DNA of 64,000 nucleotides from Lentimicrobiaceae bacterium (GTDB taxonomy: Bacteria; Bacteroidota; Bacteroidia; Bacteroidales; JALOCA01), in assembly GCA_023227965.1 (NCBI GenBank), contig JALOCA010000006.1:16998-80997 (forward strand), written 5' to 3'. A program made the position numbers and the translations under genes. Below are positions 57,938-64,000 of the stretch, one piece after another. Positions within the stretch are counted from its first letter, which is position 1, and the number at the start of each line of letters is the position of its first letter. The notes beneath the pieces were generated by a model that was not told the origin of the DNA, searched no databases, and saw only the letters and a list, made by a program, of their open reading frames with translations.

Positions 57938-58017
57938 TTTTTTCCAAATTAAATAAAAATAAACAATGGTTGAAACAAAGTTTCAGCGTTAATTAAAACA
58001 TGGAAGAAAAGAAGAAA

Positions 58018-58518
58018 TCACAAAAGCAATTGTGAAACAAAGGAAAGCAAGACTTTCCCCGATGGCAAAAGAAATTTGATGGGTGGTAGCTCTACCGTTG
58101 CAATTTTAATGCTGCTGAAAAGAGTTTCCGGGTGAAAAATGAATACAAGTTGTTGGAAAACGAACTTTATAACATTCAACACCTTGCTTAAAACGTATTG
58201 AAGATTAATTTTTAATGCTTTAACCGCATTGGTACAGCAATGAATAAATGGATTCGCATCCTTTGGGTTGCTTTTTACCATGTTGTTTTGAGCAACTTTT
58301 TCCGGAAGAATAGTTTCCGGTGTTTTTACATCTTTTTTGCAACAGGAGTCCTCCTTTGGAGATTCAGTAGATTCACATTGGTGCTTAAAAGCGTTGAAGC
58401 TGAATTGTGTAACATTCATCGCATTGCAACTATGCACAAACAATCTTATTCCCAAGGTGGAAAAGAGAAAATACCCGGCAAAGAATACAATTACTATTTT
58501 ACCACTTACACTTTTCAT
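58018..58518 (-). CDS. Small Cys-rich protein (HxC...CC...CC...PP pattern); candidate regulatory upstream ORF
   Basis: Hydrophobic N-terminus, HSC, HQC, SCC, HCC, ELPP near the C-terminus. First gene of the TonB receptor/HMA operon; TATTTTTG box only 4 nt before the ATG. Confidence 0.7.
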   Translation of the reverse strand: MKSVSGKIVIVFFAGYFLFSTLGIRLFVHSCNAMNVTQFSFNAFKHQCESTESPKEDSCCKKDVKTPETILPEKVAQNNMVKSNPKDANPFIHCCTNAVKALKINLQYVLSKVLNVIKFVFQQLVFIFHPETLFSSIKIATVELPPIKFLLPSGKVLLSFVSQLLL

Positions 58519-58777
58519 GCTGCAAAAATATATGATAGAAACGAATTAAAACAATTTTTGTTTTTTTAACATAGATTTAACAAAAAAATATTTCGGAAAA
58601 CGCCCATGAGTCAGGTTTTCCTTGCCGCAGTCAGTTATTCTGGAGAAGTTACATCAAAACAGCATTAATACGTAAACGTAATAAGCTAATATTCATAATT
58701 TTTATGAGGTTTGATCCGCTGGGAAATAAATATTGAATTGCTTTTTCGCTTTCCGGAGTTTGTGTGAAAATAAATTC

Positions 58778-58785
58778 TACCTTTG
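58778..58785 (+). promoter_or_regulatory. -7 promoter box (TACCTTTG) for typA
   Basis: TAnnTTTG 36 nt upstream of ATG 58822. Confidence 0.6.
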
Positions 58786-58821
58786 CAACCCCAAAACCCA
58801 AGCGGGAAAAAAATATTTTTC

Positions 58822-60627
58822 ATGCAGAATATCAGAAACATTGCCATCATCGCCCATGTTGACCACGGCAAGACAACCCTTGTGGATCGCATTCTTTACC
58901 AATGTCAGCTTTTTCGTGAAAACGAACAAAAAGAAGAATTGATACTCGACAGCAACGATCTGGAACGCGAACGCGGTATCACCATCCTTTCCAAAAATGT
59001 ATCCGTACGTTATAAAGATGTTAAAATAAATATCATTGATACTCCGGGACATGCCGACTTCGGCGGGGAAGTGGAAAGGGTGCTCAACATGGCTGACGGT
59101 GTTCTTTTACTTGTTGATGCTTTTGAGGGTCCTATGCCACAAACCCGTTTTGTGTTGCAAAAGGCACTTCAACTACATAAAAAGCCGATAGTTGTAATTA
59201 ATAAGGTTGACAAACCCCACTGTAATCCCGACGACACGATGGAAGCGGTTTTCGACCTGATGTGCAATCTTGATGCTACCGAAGACCAGTTGAATTTTCC
59301 TATCGTTTTTGGCTCTTCCAAACAGGGCTGGATGGGTAGCGACTGGAAGACACCTACCAACGATGTTACCTATTTGCTTGATACCATTATACAACACATT
59401 CAGCCGGCACATTACGAAGAAGGAAGCACACAGATGATGATTACTTCCATTGATTATTCCTCCTACGTGGGACGCATAGCCGTGGGCAAACTTACCCGGG
59501 GAGTCCTCAGATGGGGCATGCCCGTATCGCTGGTAAAACGCGACGGTTCGGTTATTAAAACCAAAGTCCGCGAGCTCTATACTTTCGAAGGTCTTGGCAA
59601 GGAAAAGATGAAACAAGATGTACATCCGGGCGAAATAGTGGCGGTAATGGGCATAGAAAATTTTGATATTGGCGATACCCTTGCCGATTTTGAATTCCCG
59701 GTACAACTGAAACCCATCAGTGTAGATGAACCTACCATGAGTATGCTGTTTACTATCAATACATCGCCATTCTTCGGAAAAGAAGGCAAGTTTGTTACTT
59801 CGCGCCACCTGCGCGAACGCTTATACCTCGAAACGGAAAAAAATCTGGCATTGAAGGTTGAGGAAACAAGTTTGGCAGATGCCTTTACAGTATTTGGCAG
59901 AGGTGTGTTGCACCTGTCCATCCTCGTAGAAACTATGCGACGCGAAGGATACGAGTTTCAGCTTGGTCAGCCAAACGTCATCATTAAGGAAATAGAGGGC
60001 GTTAAACATGAGCCTGTGGAACTGCTTACGGTGCACGTGCCCAAAGATTTCTCGGGCAAGGTTATTGAGCAGGTAACTATGCGCAAAGGCGAAATACTGA
60101 ATATTGAAACCAAAAACGACAGGGTTTACATTGAATTTTCCATCCCTTCAAGAGGTCTTATTGGGTTGCGAAACAATATCATGAACGTTACTGAAGGCGA
60201 AGCCGTGATGGCTCACCGGTTCAAAGCTTTTGAACCCTGGAAAGGCGAAATTAACCAGCGACACAACGGCGCATTGATTGCTATGGAGACAGGTATGGCT
60301 ATCCCTTTTTCGCTCCACAAGCTCCAGGACAGGGGCAAATTTTTTATTGAACCGGGCGAAAATATTTATGGCGGGCAGGTGATAGGCGAATATACCCGCC
60401 AGGACGACCTCGTGGTGAATGTATGCAAGACGAAGAAACTTACCAACATGCGGGCTTCGGGTTCGGATGAAAAGATGATGATAAGCCCTGCCATTAAATT
60501 TTCGCTGGAGGAAGCTATGGAATATATCACCGAGGATGAATACCTCGAAGTTACCCCTGCCTCTATCCGGTTGCGCAAAATCCTTCTCGACGAAACTGAA
60601 CGCAAACGCAAGCAGAAAACGTTATAG
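58822..60627 (+). CDS. typA: Translational GTPase TypA/BipA
   Basis: [52 protein letters not shown]. Confidence 0.97.
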   Translation: MQNIRNIAIIAHVDHGKTTLVDRILYQCQLFRENEQKEELILDSNDLERERGITILSKNVSVRYKDVKINIIDTPGHADFGGEVERVLNMADGVLLLVDAFEGPMPQTRFVLQKALQLHKKPIVVINKVDKPHCNPDDTMEAVFDLMCNLDATEDQLNFPIVFGSSKQGWMGSDWKTPTNDVTYLLDTIIQHIQPAHYEEGSTQMMITSIDYSSYVGRIAVGKLTRGVLRWGMPVSLVKRDGSVIKTKVRELYTFEGLGKEKMKQDVHPGEIVAVMGIENFDIGDTLADFEFPVQLKPISVDEPTMSMLFTINTSPFFGKEGKFVTSRHLRERLYLETEKNLALKVEETSLADAFTVFGRGVLHLSILVETMRREGYEFQLGQPNVIIKEIEGVKHEPVELLTVHVPKDFSGKVIEQVTMRKGEILNIETKNDRVYIEFSIPSRGLIGLRNNIMNVTEGEAVMAHRFKAFEPWKGEINQRHNGALIAMETGMAIPFSLHKLQDRGKFFIEPGENIYGGQVIGEYTRQDDLVVNVCKTKKLTNMRASGSDEKMMISPAIKFSLEEAMEYITEDEYLEVTPASIRLRKILLDETERKRKQKTL

Positions 60628-60669
60628 TTTCAGATTTTAAATTTCAGGTTTCTGGTTTTTCGTTTCAGG
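60628..60669. repeat. Degenerate heptamer tandem repeat, 6 units (TTTCAGG-like)
   Basis: TTTCAGA TTTTAAA TTTCAGG TTTCTGG TTTTTCG TTTCAGG immediately after the typA stop. Confidence 0.6.
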
Positions 60670-61098
60670 TTCTTTCGGTGAACATGCCTGAATAGCATCT
60701 ACCCAAACAGACTTTTCTGAAAGTCAATTGGTAAAAAAACAACAGCCCCCATATTCATGCAGCAGTATTGCTAAAAAACGGAGGTTCGAAATACCTTTCA
60801 GGGTAAGATGTATCATATTTCCAAATTAAAGATAATTGTACAAACTTTACCATTACTTATATCCAAAAACCTTTTTATACAATATTTTAAAAAAATATTT
60901 GAACTTTAAAAAAAATCTAAAAAAATTATTTACATTTGTATGCCAATGTAATTATAGAGTTTTTGACATCTTGAAACAAAAAAGGGTATCCGGCTGATTG
61001 ATTTAAATGTAACAAATAAAATAATAAGCGAAATTCACTCCTTCGTAAAAAAAAAGAAGTTCATGAATTCCTTTTAATGAAATTTTAAATCAACTGAC

Positions 61099-63078
61099 AT
61101 GAAAAAGTATAGTTTACATTTATTATTTTTCATTCCATTTTTTATTTCTAATGAAATCTTATCGCAAACTGATAGTCTGGATATTTATAATTTAAATCTT
61201 AATGAATTATCAAAACTGAAAATAACTTCTGCTTCCAAGGTTTCTCAGAATATTAACGAAGTTCCTTCAACTATCTATATTATTACCCAGGCAGAAATAC
61301 AAGAAAACGGATATTTTACTCTTGAAGAGGCATTGTCGGTTCTTCCCGGTTTCCAATTTAGGAATATACAAGGCATAAATAGCTATGTTTTTCAGCGTGG
61401 GGTACCCAATCAAAACAACCTGACATTGGTACTAATTGATGGTGTACAGATAAACGAACTCAATTCAGGGGGATTTTATGCCGGAGGTCAGTACAACCTG
61501 TCGAATGTTGAACGCATTGAAGTAATTTATGGTCCTTCTTCTGTAGCCTATGGAACCAATGCAGTAACGGGTATTATCAATATTATTACCAAAAGTGCTT
61601 TGGAAAAGAGGGCTGTAATCAACACATTGATTGGCTCCTTCAATACTTCAGAATGTGATATTAATTATTGCCATGTGAATAAAAAAAAGACCATTGGAAT
61701 ATCGGTTTCGGGCATGCTAAAAAAAACAGATAAAGCTAATTTGAAAGAACAGGCAGGTGATAATAACTGGACGGGACTGATGGATAACTTTGAAAATGAT
61801 TATTCTTTCGATTTGAAAGCACAGATAAAAGATTTCGTTATTGGTACCAACTATCTTTATAAACAAGCTTCTACTGCCACGTGGGTTAAGTCAGCAGGTA
61901 CTGCATATAGAGACTATGGAACTTCCTGGAATATCCGGTTTATTAATAATTACCTGAAATATAATAAAAAAATATCCAAAAAACTAACTTACTCTTCCGT
62001 TTTATATAATCGAAATGCAACCGTACTTGCGAATACAATTTATTATGTTGTAGATACCGCTCAAATTGGATATTACCGTCCAAACAATTTAACCGGATTT
62101 GAAAACATATTAAACTATAATATAAACAATTTTTTTTCAGTTACCGGTGGTTTATTATTTGAATACGAGCAACTGTCAAAAAAAAATACTTCATCATACA
62201 GCGATTCGCCCGAACACAAGCCACCAAAACCTGAAAAGCCTGTAATGGTTGATAATACCCTGGCAAGTATTTTTATCGAACCACGGGTTACACTATTTAA
62301 AAATCTTTATCTTTCAGGAGGTTTGCGTTTTGATCAAAGCAGCATTTACGACCAGGTTTACACACCCCGTGCAGGTCTTATCTATCATTTTCGCAAACAC
62401 ATACTGCGTTTTTCGTATGCTGAGGCTTTCAGAGCTCCCAAATCGTGGGACTATACCGATGGTTTAGGCAACCCTTCCCTGTTACCAGAAAAAATGAAAT
62501 CAATAGAAGCTGCATTTGTGTTCTCTATAGTTGACAATTTTAAAATTGATGTAATCGGATATAAAAATAATCTTGAAAATGCTATTGTAAAAGAGGTTTT
62601 AAACGAAGGATACAGATGGGAAAATAGTGGAAAAATAAAAACAGACGGAGTTGAAATATACATCAGGTATGTATCGAATAGGTTAAAATCATCGCTAAAC
62701 TACACTTTTAATCAAAGTTATAATGAGCATGATGATTTTGTTCCTGAAATAAGTAAATACAGCGGTAGCGCAAGTGTAACGTATTCTTTCAGCGAATATA
62801 TAAAGCTAAATCTTCGTGCGAATTATATCGGAGAAAGGGAAAATCCCAAATTAATTGTTTCAACCAATAGTAAAGAAATAAAACCCTGCTTGATATTCCA
62901 CGGGGCATTGTCATTGGTAAATTACAAAGGTTTTACCGTTCAGCTATCAGCCAAAAATTTATTAAACCAAAAGTATTACCACACTTCAAACAGAGAGCCT
63001 GACAGGTATCGCCAACCTCAGCGTACCATCATGTTGTCTATTGGCTATGTATTAAATAACCAAACAGATAAGAGATGA
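61099..63078 (+). CDS. TonB-dependent receptor (plug + barrel) of the type found with YfiR/DUF4154 proteins
   Basis: LNLNELSKLKITSASK, VLIDG, VERIEVIYGPSSVAYGTNA..GIINIITK, YAEAFRAP, PEKMKS. Confidence 0.85.
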   Translation: MKKYSLHLLFFIPFFISNEILSQTDSLDIYNLNLNELSKLKITSASKVSQNINEVPSTIYIITQAEIQENGYFTLEEALSVLPGFQFRNIQGINSYVFQRGVPNQNNLTLVLIDGVQINELNSGGFYAGGQYNLSNVERIEVIYGPSSVAYGTNAVTGIINIITKSALEKRAVINTLIGSFNTSECDINYCHVNKKKTIGISVSGMLKKTDKANLKEQAGDNNWTGLMDNFENDYSFDLKAQIKDFVIGTNYLYKQASTATWVKSAGTAYRDYGTSWNIRFINNYLKYNKKISKKLTYSSVLYNRNATVLANTIYYVVDTAQIGYYRPNNLTGFENILNYNINNFFSVTGGLLFEYEQLSKKNTSSYSDSPEHKPPKPEKPVMVDNTLASIFIEPRVTLFKNLYLSGGLRFDQSSIYDQVYTPRAGLIYHFRKHILRFSYAEAFRAPKSWDYTDGLGNPSLLPEKMKSIEAAFVFSIVDNFKIDVIGYKNNLENAIVKEVLNEGYRWENSGKIKTDGVEIYIRYVSNRLKSSLNYTFNQSYNEHDDFVPEISKYSGSASVTYSFSEYIKLNLRANYIGERENPKLIVSTNSKEIKPCLIFHGALSLVNYKGFTVQLSAKNLLNQKYYHTSNREPDRYRQPQRTIMLSIGYVLNNQTDKR

Positions 63079-64000
63079 AAAAAATAACTCTATTTGTCTG
63101 CATATCTATTATTTGTTGTTTTACGCTAAACCCCAACATTTGGGCACAACAAATACAGCGCCCGGTAGCTATAAGCGCTTATATCTATAATTTCGTAAAA
63201 AATGTTCGATGGCAAAACGAAGAGGCAATTAAAGAATTTCATTTTCTGGTTATTGGCGATGACAAAAATGTTTTCCGGGAATTACAAAAATTATCGAAAT
63301 CCAAAACTATTCGAGACAAACCTATAATAGTATCGTACTCAAGTAAATCAGACAATATTGAAAATGTCCAGTTGATTTTTGTTACAAAAAGTAAAGAGAA
63401 AAAACTTGTTGAAATCTTCGATAAAATTGAAGGGAAAAACATACTTCTTGTTACCGACAACTATCAGGATAAAGGGCTGATAATGATTAATTTTTTTGAT
63501 TCGGAAAAGGGCACACTTCAATTCGAAATAAACAAAGCCAATATTATAAATCAGCATATTAGCATTATGCCGGATATGATTTTGCTTGGAGGAACTGAAG
63601 TTGATGTTATGGCATTATATTATGAAGGACAGCAAAGTTTGCGAAGCCTTCAAAAACACAGTGAGAATCTTGAAAACAACCTGAGCCACTTAGAAAGCAT
63701 TATTGCAACGAACACAAAAGAAATACGTGAACAAAAGGATAGTCTTAACAGACAAACGCAACAAATTAAAGAACAGCAAAAGACTTATTATAACCAGACA
63801 CAATTGCTCAATAATAGCGAAAAAGAACTGGTAATCCAAACTCAAAAAATTACGGAACAAAAAACAATACTTGATGCCCAATTTCATGAACTGGAAAAAC
63901 AAAAAGCTGACCTAAAAAAAGGCAACAAGCTATTTCTGGATCAAGAAAAAAAGATAAACCGTCAAAAGTCGGAAATCTTGTTGCAATCGAAAATACTTAA
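63075..64000 (+). CDS. YfiR/HmsC (DUF4154)-domain protein fused to a long coiled coil; runs off the right edge (3' partial)
   Basis: Manual translation from ATG 63075 (ATGA overlap with the receptor stop): signal peptide, AYIYNFVKNVRW, LLVTD...MINF...LQFEINKANI, then Q/E/K heptads; open to 64000. Confidence 0.8.
   Translation, partial: MKKITLFVCISIICCFTLNPNIWAQQIQRPVAISAYIYNFVKNVRWQNEEAIKEFHFLVIGDDKNVFRELQKLSKSKTIRDKPIIVSYSSKSDNIENVQLIFVTKSKEKKLVEIFDKIEGKNILLVTDNYQDKGLIMINFFDSEKGTLQFEINKANIINQHISIMPDMILLGGTEVDVMALYYEGQQSLRSLQKHSENLENNLSHLESIIATNTKEIREQKDSLNRQTQQIKEQQKTYYNQTQLLNNSEKELVIQTQKITEQKTILDAQFHELEKQKADLKKGNKLFLDQEKKINRQKSEILLQSKIL

Noticed and set aside
60820..61098. Cobalamin or TPP riboswitch upstream of the TonB receptor
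   Set aside because: No B12-box or TPP consensus could be recognised; the region is very AT-rich.

Overview
Chromosomal segment of an AT-rich Bacteroidota bacterium, probably Bacteroidales. Support: T9SS C-terminal domains, a SusC-type receptor, TAnnTTTG promoters and a CusA-TolC fusion. It holds housekeeping genes (aspA, cca, miaA, rpsT, pepE, pdxH, thrS-infC-rpmI-rplT, typA, tRNA-Glu, two tRNA-Leu), several secreted multidomain proteins, a receptor-less CheR/CheB plus hybrid-kinase operon, a BlaI/M56 pair, three metal-handling loci (mntH, CusA/CzcA RND, TonB receptor + HMA) and the start of a TonB-receptor/YfiR-fusion locus. I found no integrase, transposase, CRISPR array or prophage. The most interesting signal is two Cys/His-rich, proline-tailed upstream ORFs in front of metal-transport operons. 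Each is followed by a hairpin that sequesters the next gene's translation-initiation region, which suggests metal-sensing ribosome-stalling control. Other notable features are a C-terminal module shared by a secreted protease and a secreted nuclease (ending in a dockerin-like repeat in the nuclease), a triple 21-bp-phased operator upstream of BlaI, and several small non-coding repeats. Family assignments come from motif recognition by eye; no database search was run.
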